From an uncultured Solirubrobacterales bacterium (GTDB lineage: Bacteria > Actinomycetota > Thermoleophilia > Solirubrobacterales > Solirubrobacteraceae), in contig CAWBFH010000023.1 in NCBI GenBank assembly GCA_963788005.1, positions 61,539 to 125,538 on the forward strand: a stretch of DNA of 64,000 nt. The letters are read 5' to 3'. A model generated the notes under the pieces. The model had not been told where the DNA came from. It saw only the letters and a list, made by a program, of their open reading frames with translations, and made no database searches. Shown here piece by piece: positions 10,343 through 20,900 of this stretch. The position numbers and the translations under genes are program-made. The number at the start of each line of letters is the position of its first letter. The stretch's first letter is position 1.

Positions 10343-10376
10343 CTGCTTCTCTGCGTCTGGACGCCGTGTTTGTCGC

Positions 10377-10406
10377 TTGACGCGGGTTTCGGCGCAGTGG
10401 TATAAG
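10377..10406 (+). promoter_or_regulatory. Housekeeping-sigma type promoter for the sedolisin gene
   Basis: TTGACG-N18-TATAAG with extended -10 TGn, 15-60 bp upstream of candidate starts. Confidence 0.6.
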
Positions 10407-10420
10407 GCCCGACCTTAGGC

Positions 10421-13400
10421 TTGAGCCGTGGCCCCGCTTCGGGCGGAGCGCCAACACACGAGATGCAGGGGGTCGCCGTGGCGTCTTTTCGTTTGGGGAA
10501 GCGATCGGGGCAATCAGACGTTTCACGAAGCACATCTCGGTGGCGGTGGCCCGGGCTGGCGGTCGTGCTGGTGTTGGCGTCACTGGTTGCCGGTTCGGCG
10601 GCCCAGGGATCAGCGGGCGTGCCGAGCCTGAAGAGGCTTGCCCCCGCACCACGGCTTCCGCAGGGGACCAGGGCGATCGGTGCGGTCCCGGCCTCGACGC
10701 CGATCTCCGGCGCGGTCGTGCTCAAGCCGCGCGACAACGCGGGGCTGCAGCAGTTCATCGCCGCCGTGAGCGACAAATCCTCGCCACGGTTCGGTCAATA
10801 TCTGCCGCCGGGCGCGTTCGCCGCCCGGTTTGGTCCTACGGCGGCCACGATCGCCGCTGTGCGCTCACAGCTTGAATCCGATGGCCTGAAGGTGACCGGG
10901 GTTTCCAGCGACGGGGTGATGGTTCACTTCTCCGGATCCGCGGCCACGGCACAGAGTGCGTTCCACGTCGGCCTCAACCGTTACCGGCTGAGCGACGGCA
11001 CCACCGGACGTGAGCTCACGTCCGCGGCCGAGTTGCCATCCAGCATCGCTCCGCAGGTGGCCGGTGTAGTCGGCCTCCAGACTCTGGTGCGCCCGCATTC
11101 CGAGGCAATCCACGGCGCGGCATCGGCCCGCGGCGAGTTCCCGAAGGCGAAGGCGGCGGCGTCGTTCCCGCACCCGCCGGGCTCGCCGACCCCCTGCAGC
11201 GCGGCGAGAAACGCCGCGCTGAACCAAGGCGGCCTGACCGACGATCAGATCGCCAATTCCTACGGCGCCTTCGGTCTCTACGGGGCCGGAGACTTCGGCG
11301 CCGGACAGCGGGTCGCCGTGTTCGAGCTCGAGCCGTTCCTGGTCTCCGACCTGAAGACGTTCGACACGTGTTTTTTCGGGGCCACCCGCGCCAACCAGAT
11401 GATTGCGCAGCTGAAGCAGTTCCCGATCGACGGCGGCCAGCCGTCAGGGCCAGGCAGCGGCGAGTCGATCCTCGACGTCGAGGACGTGTCCGCGGTCGCC
11501 CCCGGCGCGGGACTCGACGTCTACGACGCTCCGAACACCAGCTTTGGCTCGCTCGACGAGTACGCGGCGATCATCAATGCCGACCAGGACCGGGTCATCA
11601 CGACGAGCTGGGGATTCTGCGAGCAGGCCGAGCAGGACAACGACCCCGGCGATCAGCAGGCCGAGAATGTGCTCTTCGAGCAGGCCGCTGCGCAGGGCCA
11701 GACGGTGTTCTCGGCGGCGGGCGACACGGGAGATGACGACTGCAACGCCTTCCGTACGGCGACTCCGCCGCCGGACCAGCCGTTCATTTCGACCGACGAT
11801 CCCTCAAGCCAACCGTACGTCGTCGGGGCCGGCGGTACGACGATTGACAACGCGACCCAGCCGCCAGCGGAGCGCGTCTGGAACGACGGCAACGTGTGGG
11901 GCGGCGGCGGCGGCGGAATCTCGCAGTCGTGGACGATGCCGAGCTGGCAGCGGACCGCGCGGGTTCCAGGGATCGTGTTGCCGGGCAGCGCCGACTACAA
12001 GAACGCGGCGAGCGTTCTCAAGGCCAACGGGTTCCCGTCGACTTTCTGCGCCGACGTTCCGGGAGCGACCACGAGCACACCGTGCCGGCTGGTTCCCGAC
12101 GTCGCTGCCCAGTCCGACGAGTTCACCGGGGCGATCACGATCTTCAGCGAGTCGTTCACCCCGTTCGAGCCCGACGGGTGGATAACCGAGGGCGGCACGT
12201 CGTCGGCGGCACCGCTGTGGGCGGGCATGCTGGCCGACATCAACGCCTCGGCTACGTGCGCCACCCAGAGCGCGACCGCCAACGGCGTCGGCTTCGCCAG
12301 CCCGCTGCTGTACGCGGTGGCTTCGGTCCCGAGTCAGTACGCAGCCTCGTTCAACGACATCACCGTCGGCAACAACGACATCTACGGCCTCGACAACGGC
12401 AAGGTATTCCCTGCCACCAAGGGCTACGACCTGACCACCGGGCTGGGGACGCCGGAGCTGACCGGCCCCGGAGGGACGCCCGGCCTGGCGTTCTATCTCT
12501 GTAGCGCCGCGTCGCAGACCACTAGGCCGGTGGTTTCAAACCTGTCGCCAAGACAGGGCAGCACCAGCGGCGGTGAGACGGTGACCATCACCGGCACCGG
12601 GTTCGGGTCCGCGAGCAGCCCGGCGGTATCGGAAGTGCAGGTCGGCGTGGCGCAGGTGGCAGCCGGCGGCTTCCAGGTCACCAGCCCGACGACGATGACG
12701 GTGACGATGCCGGCGGGGCTGTCCGCCCAGCCGCCGCAACCGGGATCGCGCGCGCCTCAGAACGGAGCGGGTCCCGTCAACGTGCTGGTGACGCGCAAGA
12801 ACGGAGTGTCGAGCGTGCCCGGGCCGTCCTCGACCTTCGAGTACGTGAACACCAACAGCGCGAGCGCCGCGATTCCGAGTGTCAACGCAGTCAGCCCGAC
12901 CGGCGGCCTGCAGACCGCGCCCGGCAAGATCACGATCCTCGGCTCGGGCTTCACCGGTGCGACGAAGGTCACGTTCGGCGGCGTCAACGCCCCGAACTTC
13001 ACCGTGGTCAGTCCCTTCCAGATCACAGTGCAGGCGCCCGCGTACTCGTCCTCGAGCACGGCCTGCGTGCCACTGCCGACGACCGGGGTGTTCAAGGGCG
13101 AGAACGCAGCCAACGACATCTGCCAGGTGTACGTCAGGGTCTCAAACCGCAACGGGACGAGCGCGACCGGAAAGATCCTGCCGCCTCCGGAAGGGGCGAT
13201 CAGCTTCCTATCAAACGGCGCCTTCGCGGTGCCGCCCGGATGCGCATGCGAGATCGGACCGGCTCCGACGGAGTTCGACTACGTTCCGAAGCCGGCAGTC
13301 ACCTCGATCTCGACCTCGGGCGGTCCGGCGAGCCTGGCCAGCGAGAACGGGGACGGGGTGATTTCGGTTCGTGGCCGGGGGCTGGGCCTGCAGACGTTCG

Positions 13401-14206
13401 ATTGGGGGACCCTGGGGCCGCCCGATCAGGAGTCGTCCCAGGACACCAACGTCGTGTTCCTGACCGGGACGCAGATGCAGATCGTGCCGTTGCCGCAGAA
13501 CACGACGACCGACGTCCTGTCGCTGCCCTTCGGAGTCAAGACGCTGGGCGGCTCGACGAAGCCGGTGACGGCGCTCTTCGCGGGCATCCCGACGGTGACC
13601 GGCGTGGTCAACAAGGACAACAGCAAGACGCTGAACGGGACGTCCGGAGCCGTCAACACCGGAGGGACTCCGATCGCGATCACGGGCGATGGCTTCAGCG
13701 GACAGGTACTGGCACCGATCGAGTTCAACGACGCCCAGTTGCCGTTCTCGTTCGGGACTCAGAACACGTTCACGGTCAACAGCGATACGCGCATCAGCAC
13801 CCAGACCGTGAGCCAGAACCCCGCTTTCGTCGACGTCCAGGTCTGCACCGTGACCGGCTGCAGCGACACGTCGCCCTCGGACCAGTTGATCCTCTACCCA
13901 CCGGGTGACCCGAACGTCGACACGGTCGCCCCCACCACCGGCCCGGCGGCGGGCGGGACCAAGACGAAGATCAACGGCGAGAACCTGGGATGCGTCTTGC
14001 AGGTGTTCTTCGGCAACACGCAGGCGACGAAGGTGTCGAACCTAGCGACGTTCACCGATTGCGGATCGACGGTGCAGATCAGCGCCACCTCGCCCGCAGG
14101 GCCGGCCGGCACGTCGGTGCCGGTCACGGCGGTCACCGCGGAGAGCTTCTTCACCGGGTCCGGGCGTAGCACGAGTTCGGCGAAGTTCACCTACGCGGGC
14201 GGCTGA
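10421..14206 (+). CDS. Secreted sedolisin (peptidase S53) with pro-domain and several C-terminal IPT/TIG Ig-like domains
   Basis: Signal peptide (GLAVVLVLASLVAGSAAQG), kumamolisin-type pro-domain, ESILDVE (Glu/Asp), SAAAGDTG-like oxyanion motif (FSAAGDTG), GGTSSAAP (Ser), GYDLTTGLGTP; repeats such as P.V..VSP..G...GG..VTI.G.GF. True start may be 10463 or later. Confidence 0.9.
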   Translation: MSRGPASGGAPTHEMQGVAVASFRLGKRSGQSDVSRSTSRWRWPGLAVVLVLASLVAGSAAQGSAGVPSLKRLAPAPRLPQGTRAIGAVPASTPISGAVVLKPRDNAGLQQFIAAVSDKSSPRFGQYLPPGAFAARFGPTAATIAAVRSQLESDGLKVTGVSSDGVMVHFSGSAATAQSAFHVGLNRYRLSDGTTGRELTSAAELPSSIAPQVAGVVGLQTLVRPHSEAIHGAASARGEFPKAKAAASFPHPPGSPTPCSAARNAALNQGGLTDDQIANSYGAFGLYGAGDFGAGQRVAVFELEPFLVSDLKTFDTCFFGATRANQMIAQLKQFPIDGGQPSGPGSGESILDVEDVSAVAPGAGLDVYDAPNTSFGSLDEYAAIINADQDRVITTSWGFCEQAEQDNDPGDQQAENVLFEQAAAQGQTVFSAAGDTGDDDCNAFRTATPPPDQPFISTDDPSSQPYVVGAGGTTIDNATQPPAERVWNDGNVWGGGGGGISQSWTMPSWQRTARVPGIVLPGSADYKNAASVLKANGFPSTFCADVPGATTSTPCRLVPDVAAQSDEFTGAITIFSESFTPFEPDGWITEGGTSSAAPLWAGMLADINASATCATQSATANGVGFASPLLYAVASVPSQYAASFNDITVGNNDIYGLDNGKVFPATKGYDLTTGLGTPELTGPGGTPGLAFYLCSAASQTTRPVVSNLSPRQGSTSGGETVTITGTGFGSASSPAVSEVQVGVAQVAAGGFQVTSPTTMTVTMPAGLSAQPPQPGSRAPQNGAGPVNVLVTRKNGVSSVPGPSSTFEYVNTNSASAAIPSVNAVSPTGGLQTAPGKITILGSGFTGATKVTFGGVNAPNFTVVSPFQITVQAPAYSSSSTACVPLPTTGVFKGENAANDICQVYVRVSNRNGTSATGKILPPPEGAISFLSNGAFAVPPGCACEIGPAPTEFDYVPKPAVTSISTSGGPASLASENGDGVISVRGRGLGLQTFDWGTLGPPDQESSQDTNVVFLTGTQMQIVPLPQNTTTDVLSLPFGVKTLGGSTKPVTALFAGIPTVTGVVNKDNSKTLNGTSGAVNTGGTPIAITGDGFSGQVLAPIEFNDAQLPFSFGTQNTFTVNSDTRISTQTVSQNPAFVDVQVCTVTGCSDTSPSDQLILYPPGDPNVDTVAPTTGPAAGGTKTKINGENLGCVLQVFFGNTQATKVSNLATFTDCGSTVQISATSPAGPAGTSVPVTAVTAESFFTGSGRSTSSAKFTYAGG

Positions 14207-14211
14207 TCAAC

Positions 14212-14243
14212 CGCGGGCCGGCGGAGCTGCACGTCGGCCCGCG
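14212..14243. terminator. GC-rich hairpin between convergent genes
   Basis: CGCGGGCCGGCG-gagctgca-CGTCGGCCCGCG, 12-bp stem with one G-U pair; no U-tract. Confidence 0.5.
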
Positions 14244-14266
14244 CTCTGGACGGGCGGGCCGCGGAG

Positions 14267-14827
14267 CTACGCCGCGGCCGGCTGCGGGCCGCGCGCGACG
14301 GGGCTGCTTCCGCGCCGCCGCGCCTCGTCCTCGGGCACCTCGAGCTCGACGTTCCAGCCCTGAGCGAAGCCGATCATCGCGAACACGATCAGCGCGACCT
14401 GGACCGGAATCAGGAGCACGGTCAAGAAGCCGAGCGTGCTATCGCTCAGACCGGCGCCGCCGAACAACGACTGCGCGTTGGCGAAGCCGACGTGCTCGCG
14501 GTCAAACCAGCTCGTCCCCGACAGGCCCGTTCCGGCGATTACGGCGATGATCAACAGCAGGACGGCGAGCGCGGCGGCGATCGGCAGCAATCCGCGTGCC
14601 CAGCGCCAGATGTAGAACCCGATCACCGCGTAGACGATGCACCAGACGAAGTTGACCGGCTTGAGCCCCTCGAGCTCACTCCAGCCGCCGATCGTGAGCG
14701 CGAGCATCAGGGCGATCGAGACGATCATGATCAGCACCACGACCGCCTTCGTCACCTTGCACGAGGCCTTGTCGCGGTTTGGGCGGATGACCGTGTAGCC
14801 GGGCCTGATGTTCCGAACCTGGGCCAC
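14267..14827 (-). CDS. Hypothetical membrane protein (about 4 TM helices)
   Basis: Four hydrophobic segments; GTG start at 14827 assumed because the longer ORF overlaps tRNA-Leu. Confidence 0.7.
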   Translation of the reverse strand: MAQVRNIRPGYTVIRPNRDKASCKVTKAVVVLIMIVSIALMLALTIGGWSELEGLKPVNFVWCIVYAVIGFYIWRWARGLLPIAAALAVLLLIIAVIAGTGLSGTSWFDREHVGFANAQSLFGGAGLSDSTLGFLTVLLIPVQVALIVFAMIGFAQGWNVELEVPEDEARRRGSSPVARGPQPAAA

Positions 14828-14922
14828 GAGCGCGGACGATACCTGCTCGGGGCGTCGCCGTGGTGCACTTTCCGGTCGATCGAGCGGGCGGCGAGGCCGT
14901 AGAATCGACCATCGCTCAGGTC

Positions 14923-15006
14923 GCGGGCGTGGCGGAATTGGCACACGCGCCGGCTTTAGGTGCCGGTGGGCGCAAGCCCTTGGGGGTTCGAGTCCCTCCG
15001 CCCGCA
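14923..15006 (+). tRNA. tRNA-Leu(TAG)
   Basis: GCGGGCG/CGCCCGC acceptor, CCGGC-TTTAGGT-GCCGG anticodon arm, long variable arm, GGTTCGAGTCC; TAGAAT -10-like hexamer at 14900. Confidence 0.95.
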
Positions 15007-15071
15007 TCGTCGCCATCGTCGCCGGACGCGATGGCTGTCGGGCCCCGGATGGGTACCATCGCTTGGCTCCC

Positions 15072-15143
15072 AGGGGAGTGAGTTAATGGCTATGCGCGCG
15101 GTCTCCAAAACCGTGAATCCGGGTTCGAATCCCGGCTCCCCTG
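15072..15143 (+). tRNA. tRNA-Trp(CCA), weak D-stem
   Basis: AGGGGAG/CTCCCCT acceptor, GCGGT-CTCCAAA-ACCGT anticodon arm, CCGGG-TTCGAAT-CCCGG T-arm. Confidence 0.88.
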
Positions 15144-15158
15144 CTCCGCTCCCGCTCA

Positions 15159-15620
15159 GTGATCTCGCACACCGTCTACAGGACCTTCGATACCGACCGG
15201 CGCCGCGAGTTCATCCGGATCACCGACGACGTGGCCAACGCGGTCCAGGAGGCCGGGATCGCCGAGGGCATGGCGCTGGTGTGCGCGATGCACATCACCG
15301 CCGGCGTCTGGATCAACGATGACGAACCGGGCATCCAGGCCGACGTGCTCGAGTGGCTCGACAAGCTCGCGCCGCCGAGCTGGCGCGAGCCGGTCAACGA
15401 GGTCGCGCGTGAGCTGGCGCCCGATCCGGGCGATTATCGCCACCATCGCGGCGGCGAGGACAACGGCGACGCGCACCTCAAGAACCTGCTCGTCCACCAC
15501 CAGGTGATCGTCCCGGTGACCAAGGGCTATCTCGACCTCGGTCCGTGGCAGCAGATCTTCTACTGCGAGTTCGATGGCGGCCGGCCCAAGCGGCTGGTGA
15601 TCAAGGTCCTGGGGGAGTGA
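15159..15620 (+). CDS. yjbQ: YjbQ / UPF0047 family protein
   Basis: [33 protein letters not shown]. Confidence 0.92.
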   Translation: MISHTVYRTFDTDRRREFIRITDDVANAVQEAGIAEGMALVCAMHITAGVWINDDEPGIQADVLEWLDKLAPPSWREPVNEVARELAPDPGDYRHHRGGEDNGDAHLKNLLVHHQVIVPVTKGYLDLGPWQQIFYCEFDGGRPKRLVIKVLGE

Positions 15621-16477
15621 CGGTCAAACCATCGCGCGTGTTCGCGCCTGGGGTGCTCGACGGGCAGGCGGCGATCGTGACCGGCGGCGGCACGAATCTC
15701 GGCAAGGCCGCCGCGCTCGAGCTGACACGGTGCGGCGCGTCGGTCGTGATCGCCGGCAGGCGGCAGCCGGTGCTCGCCGAGACGGCGGCGGAGATAGGGG
15801 AGGGTTGTTCGTTTGTCGCGGCGGACATCCGCGAGCGGGCCGGCGCCGAGACGATCGTCGCCGCCGCGCTCGAGCGCCACGGCCGGCTCGACCTGCTGCT
15901 CAACAACGCCGGCGGCCAGTATTTCGCGGCGGCCGAGGCCATCACCGCCAAGGGCTGGCGCGCCGTCCAGCGGCTGAACGTCGGGGGCACGATGACGATG
16001 TCGCAGACCGCCTACGAGCTCGCGATGCAGCCCCGAGGCGCCGGAACGATCGTCAACGTGACCGTCTCGCCGCACCACGGCATGCCCGCGATGGCGCACA
16101 CCGGCGCGGCCCGGGCGGCGGTCGAGTCGATCACGCGCGAACAAGCCGAGCGCTGGGCGCCGGACGGGATCGCGGTGGTTGCGGTCGCGCTCGGGCGCCT
16201 CGCGACCGAGTCGCTGCGCAAATACCCGGCCGAGCTGTGGCGCCGCGCTGCCAAGGGCGTGCCGATGCAGCGCCTGGGCGAGGTGGAGGAGTACGGCTGG
16301 CTGGTTGCTCTGCTGGCGACGCCGCTCGGCCGCGCGCTGTCGGGCTCGGTCGTGACGCTCGACGGCGGCCTCGACAACTGGCCCGGCCCGTGGCCGCCCG
16401 AGGAGCTGACCAGCGACGGCGAGGTCCCGACCGAACAGCGCCGCTCGAGCGGGGCGGGGTCACGCGGGTCCGACTAG
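15617..16477 (+). CDS. SDR oxidoreductase (trans-2-enoyl-CoA reductase / citronellol dehydrogenase-like)
   Basis: [36 protein letters not shown]; GTG overlaps yjbQ stop. Confidence 0.88.
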   Translation: MTVKPSRVFAPGVLDGQAAIVTGGGTNLGKAAALELTRCGASVVIAGRRQPVLAETAAEIGEGCSFVAADIRERAGAETIVAAALERHGRLDLLLNNAGGQYFAAAEAITAKGWRAVQRLNVGGTMTMSQTAYELAMQPRGAGTIVNVTVSPHHGMPAMAHTGAARAAVESITREQAERWAPDGIAVVAVALGRLATESLRKYPAELWRRAAKGVPMQRLGEVEEYGWLVALLATPLGRALSGSVVTLDGGLDNWPGPWPPEELTSDGEVPTEQRRSSGAGSRGSD

Positions 16478-16509
16478 CCGTCGCCGGCGGGCTACCATGC
16501 CCGTTACCC

Positions 16510-16581
16510 GCGGGCGAGGTGTCAACGGCTGCACGGGAGCCTTCCAAGCTCTAGGAACGGGTTCGACCCCCGTCGCCCGCT
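16510..16581 (+). tRNA. tRNA-Gly(TCC), atypical A at position 8
   Basis: GCGGGCG/CGCCCGC acceptor, GTGT/GCAC D-stem, GGAGC-CTTCCAA-GCTCT anticodon arm, ACGGG-TTCGACC-CCCGT T-arm, U73. Confidence 0.88.
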
Positions 16582-16643
16582 TTCTCGCCGGTCCGCCCGA
16601 GCAGCGACCGGCGCCCCGATCACGGTTATCATCGACGCGACCA

Positions 16644-16717
16644 CGGGGAGTGGCGCAGTCTGGTAGCGCACCCGGCTGGGGGCCGGGCGGTCGCAGGTTC
16701 AAATCCTGTCTCCCCGA
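16644..16717 (+). tRNA. tRNA-Pro(GGG)
   Basis: CGGGGAG/CTCCCCG acceptor, GCGC D-stem, CCCGG-CTGGGGG-CCGGG anticodon arm, GGTTCAAATCC. Confidence 0.95.
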
Positions 16718-16806
16718 TTCGACGAATGGCCTGCAAAGTCGGCCTTTTCGGCCACTTCGTGGCGAGCTGTCAACCGCGACGGGGGTCGATCGTTTTTCGA
16801 TTTGCC

Positions 16807-17100
16807 TCAGAGGGCGTTCGCCGCGGCGGCCAAGGTGCCGCTCGTGAGCGGTCCGGGCGATCTGGCGTTCGCCGTCGGTCGTCGCCGACAGGCGCGCCGG
16901 CGAAGTGCAACGACCGACGGTGCTTCGCGGTTCTTCGGCGCGGCGTTATCAGACTCGAGATTGCGAAGCCAGGCTTCGACCGCTGACTCGCGAAAACGGC
17001 GAGACCGGCGGAGGCGCACGCGAGGGATCTGCCCGACGCCGGCCCGCGCCCGGACCCACTGGGTCTTCATGCCGAGACGGTCGGCGATCGTGTCCAGTGA
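16807..17100 (-). pseudogene. Excisionase-like HTH (HTH_17 / MerR-fold) remnant
   Basis: LDTIADRLGMKTQWVRARAGVGQIPRVRLRRSRRFRESAVEAWLRNLE; the frame extends upstream of ATG 17070 without a start codon. Confidence 0.6.
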
Positions 17101-17159
17101 GTCTCGCCATCATGTCGGGTCGGCCCGGATCGATCAAAAGCAGCCGCGGGAGGGTTGAG

Positions 17160-17561
17160 ATGCTGTTGGTAGAGATCGATCTACTCCGAGGTCGCTCCGA
17201 AGAGGAGCTCGATGCGATCTCGGATGCGGTCCACGAGGCGATGGTCGCGGTGCTCGATGTTCCGCAACGCGACCGGTTTCAGATCATCACCGAACGTTCC
17301 CCGGGGTATCTGCGCTTTGACCCGAACTACCTCGACATCGACCGTGACGAAGGGTTTCTGCTGATCCGGATCACGCTCGCCTCGGCCGGACGACCGATGC
17401 CAAGCAGGCGTTCTACCGGCGCGTCGCCGGGTTGCTCGTCGAGCGCACGGAATCCGCCCGAGAACGTCACGGTGGCCATGGTCGAGAACGAACGCGAGGA
17501 CTGGTCCTTCGGCCACGGCCAGGCAAGCTACCTCGAGCTTCCCCGTAGCGCCTGGCGATGA
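17160..17561 (+). CDS. Tautomerase family protein (Tautomerase_2 / YusQ-like), with two compensating frameshifts and no Pro-1
   Basis: EIDLLRGRS..AISDAVHEAM..DRFQII..ENEREDWSFGHGQASY; the alternate frame at about 17385-17455 reads GRTTDAKQAFYRRVAGLLVERT. Confidence 0.8.
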   Translation: MLLVEIDLLRGRSEEELDAISDAVHEAMVAVLDVPQRDRFQIITERSPGYLRFDPNYLDIDRDEGFLLIRITLASAGRPMPSRRSTGASPGCSSSARNPPENVTVAMVENEREDWSFGHGQASYLELPRSAWR

Positions 17562-17651
17562 CATCGCGAGGCCTGCGTCGGCGGCCCGCGCGGCGGCGCC
17601 TGGTCGCCAACGGAGTCGAACGCGAGACGAGCGAAGCTACGATCGCGTTCG

Positions 17652-17822
17652 TGGCGGTGGCGATCGTCCGGCGCCGGAGAACGGCGCGAAGCGCATCGTC
17701 GCCATAGGCATCGCCGGCTCGGGGCACCTCGGGACGATCACTCTCCAGGAATGCGATCGTCGCGCAGCTGGCGCGGTTGGGCGGAGACGCACCGCTGAGT
17801 TTGGGCGAAAAAAGAAGCGCCG
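17652..17822 (+). repeat. Interspersed repeat copy A (MITE/REP-like)
   Basis: 111-bp core 17698-17808 is about 90% identical by manual alignment to the reverse complement of 22149-22259. Confidence 0.85.
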
Positions 17823-17969
17823 CGGCGCTCGCCGCACGTCGAAGTGGAGCAACCACGGCAAAGAAATGCGTAGGCAGTGAACTGGAGCGCGGACCCGGCC
17901 AAATCGCGAAGTCTGGACCACACGTGTCACGGGTACGCCGCCGTCGGAGCGCGCACCGTTGGGAGTGTG

Positions 17970-20900
17970 GGCGCGACGCGGAGAGGGCCTTGTGGCGTGG
18001 GTCGAGCGGGCTCGCTGGAGCGGCGTGGGATCGCGCCAACCGGGCGCTCGCCGCTGTCCCCGGCGGTCGCTGGTCTCTGGCGGCTCCGGGTCGGGTGTGT
18101 CGGCCGTGGGGTGCCGCGGGCGCGCGGGCCTGTGCCGGCCTTCATCCAGGCGCCGGGGTCGCTGTTCGCGATACCGGCACTGGGCGCGGGGTCGGCGGCG
18201 TTCAGCCCATGTGGAACGCTGCTCCGTGATCGCGAACGTCATCAGTCCCCCACACCATCGGTGTCCTGGTTCGGCTCGGGCGGCGGCGCTCACCCAGGCC
18301 ACTGGGTCGGTGTTCCCGGCAGTCGCCACGGGCCGGTTCGGCGGGGTTCAGCCCGTCCGGGGGGCCGCTCGTCGTTGCGCATCCTCGACGTCAGTTCGGC
18401 GTCGGCGTTATCGACCGGTTCGGGCGGCGTGTGCCACTCAGGTCCCAGTGTTGCTGGTTCGCCATCGGACGGCCCCGGAGTCGGTGGCGTTCAGCCCGTC
18501 GGCGCTGCTGGTCGCCAACGCCCAGTCCGGCGCGCGAACGGCGTCGGTGTCCTCGGTTCGGTCCGCTCGGCGCTCCCACGCAGGCCGCTGGGTCGCTGTT
18601 CGCGCATGGCACACCAGCCTAGCGCGGTGGCGTTTAGCCCGTCGGGGGCGCTGCTCGCGGCCGCTAACGGGGCGCCCATACGGTGTCGGTGTTCCCGGTC
18701 GGTTCGGGCGGCGCTCTCACCCAGGTGTCGGGGTCGCCGTTGCGACGGCGCGGAGCGAGTGGGTGGCGTTTAGCCCGTCGGGGCGCTGCTCGCCACCGCG
18801 AATGACGGGCGAATACGGTATCGGTGTCTTCGGTCGGTTCGGGCGGCGCTCTCACTCAGGTCGCGGGGTCGCCGTCTGCGACGGGCACGGAGCCGAAGTC
18901 GGTGGCGTTTAGCCGTCGGGTGCGCTGCACCGGTCGCCAATGACGACCCTAATACGGTGTCGGTGTCGCGGTCGGGTCGGGCGGCGCTCTCACTCAGGTG
19001 GCGGGTCGCCGTTTGCGACCGGAGGGAACCCCGTCTCGGTGGCGTTTTGCCCGTCGAGCTTGCTGTTCGCGGTCGCCAATTTCCGCGCGAATACGGTCTC
19101 GGTGTTCTCGCTGGGACCGCCGAGCGCGATGAACTCCTCGCCGGGGTCTGGCGGTACCTACGCCGTCGGCCAAATGGTGCGACCGACTTCTCGTGCGCCG
19201 ACTCGGCGTACGCGCCGGGGTTGTCCTCGTGCACGGATAGCAACGGATCGACCGCCGGGTCCGGGACGCCTGACACCTCGACCTCGGTTCGCACACCTAC
19301 ACCGTGACCGCGACCTGCAGGACGGGCAGACGGGGAGCAGGAGATCAGCTACACGGTGGCGGGGGCGCCGTCGGCGTCGATCGCTCGCCGGCTCGGTGGG
19401 ACCTACGCGGTCGGGCAGGTGGTGCCAACGAGCTTCAGCTGCACGGAGGGACCGACGGCCGGGGATCCGTTGTGCGCGATTAAACAATCCGGTTCGCCGG
19501 GGCGCTTGACACGTCGACGCCGGGTCGCACACCTACACGGTGACCGCACGAGCCAGGACGGTCAGAGCGGGACCGCCGAGATCACCTACACGGTCGCGGC
19601 GGCCCCGTCGGCGTCGATCACCTCGCCTGCCTCCGGTGGGACTTACGCGGTCGGACAGACTGTCCGACAGCTATGGCTGCTCTGAGGGGACCGGGGGCCG
19701 GGCTCTCCTCGTGCACGGATAGCAACGGAGTCACCGCCGGGCGGCGCTTAACACCTCGACCGTCGGGTCGCACACCTACACGGTGACCGCGACCTCCCAG
19801 GACGGGCAGACCAGGAGCACGAGAATCACCTACACGGTGGCGCCGGCGCCGACGGCAAGATCAGCTCGCCCGCCAACTGGCGAGACCTACGCGGTCGGGC
19901 AGACCGTGGCGAGAGCGTCCACTGCACTGAGGGGCCGACGGCCGGGGTTTCGTCGTGCACGGATAGTAACGGTCGACCGACCGGGTCCGGGCTGGATACT
20001 TCCACGCTGGGCCCGCACACCTACACGGTGACGGCGACTAGCCAGGACGGTCAGACGGGGACCGCCGATCAGCTACACGGTCGCGGCGGCGCCGTCGGCA
20101 GTCTATCTCCGCCTGCCTCGGGTGGGATTTATGCGGTCGGTCAGGTGGTGGACACAAGTTTTAGCTGTAGCGAGGGGACTGATGGGCCTGGGATCGCGTC
20201 GTGTTCCGACTCAAACAATTCGGGTTCGCCGGGGGCGCTCGACACCTCGACGCCGGGGTCGCATACATACACGGTGACTGCGACCAGTCAGGACGGTCAG
20301 ACGGGGACCGCCGAGATCAGCTACACGGTCGCGGCGGCCCGTCGCGCAGATCACCTCGCCCGCGAACAACCAGACGTATGCGGTCGGGCAAACCGTCGCG
20401 ACGACGTTCAGCTGCAGGAGGGGACCGATGGTCCCGGGATCGCGTCGTGCACGGATTCAAACGACTCGAGTTCGCCGGGCGCGCTTGACACCTCGAAGCT
20501 GGGGTCGCATACCTACACGGTCACAGCGAGCTCCCAGGACGGGCAGACCAGGAGCGTGAGCATCACGTACACGGTGGCGGGGAGGCCGTCGGCGTCGATC
20601 TCCACGCCCGCCTCGGGTGGGATCTATGCGGTCGGACAGCATGTAGCGACCAGCTTCGGCTGCTCTGAGGGGACCGACGGCCCGGGGCTGTCGTCGTGTA
20701 AGGACGGCAACAAATCAAGCTCCCCGGGGGCGCTGAATACCGCGGCACCGGGATCCCATACCTACACGGTCACCGCGACGAGCAAGGACGGTCAGACGGG
20801 GACCGCCGAGATCAGCTACACGGTCGCGGCGGCGCCGTCAGCCTCGATCGGTTCCCCGGCGGGCGGGGATAGCTACACGCGCGGGCAGGTCGTCAACGCC

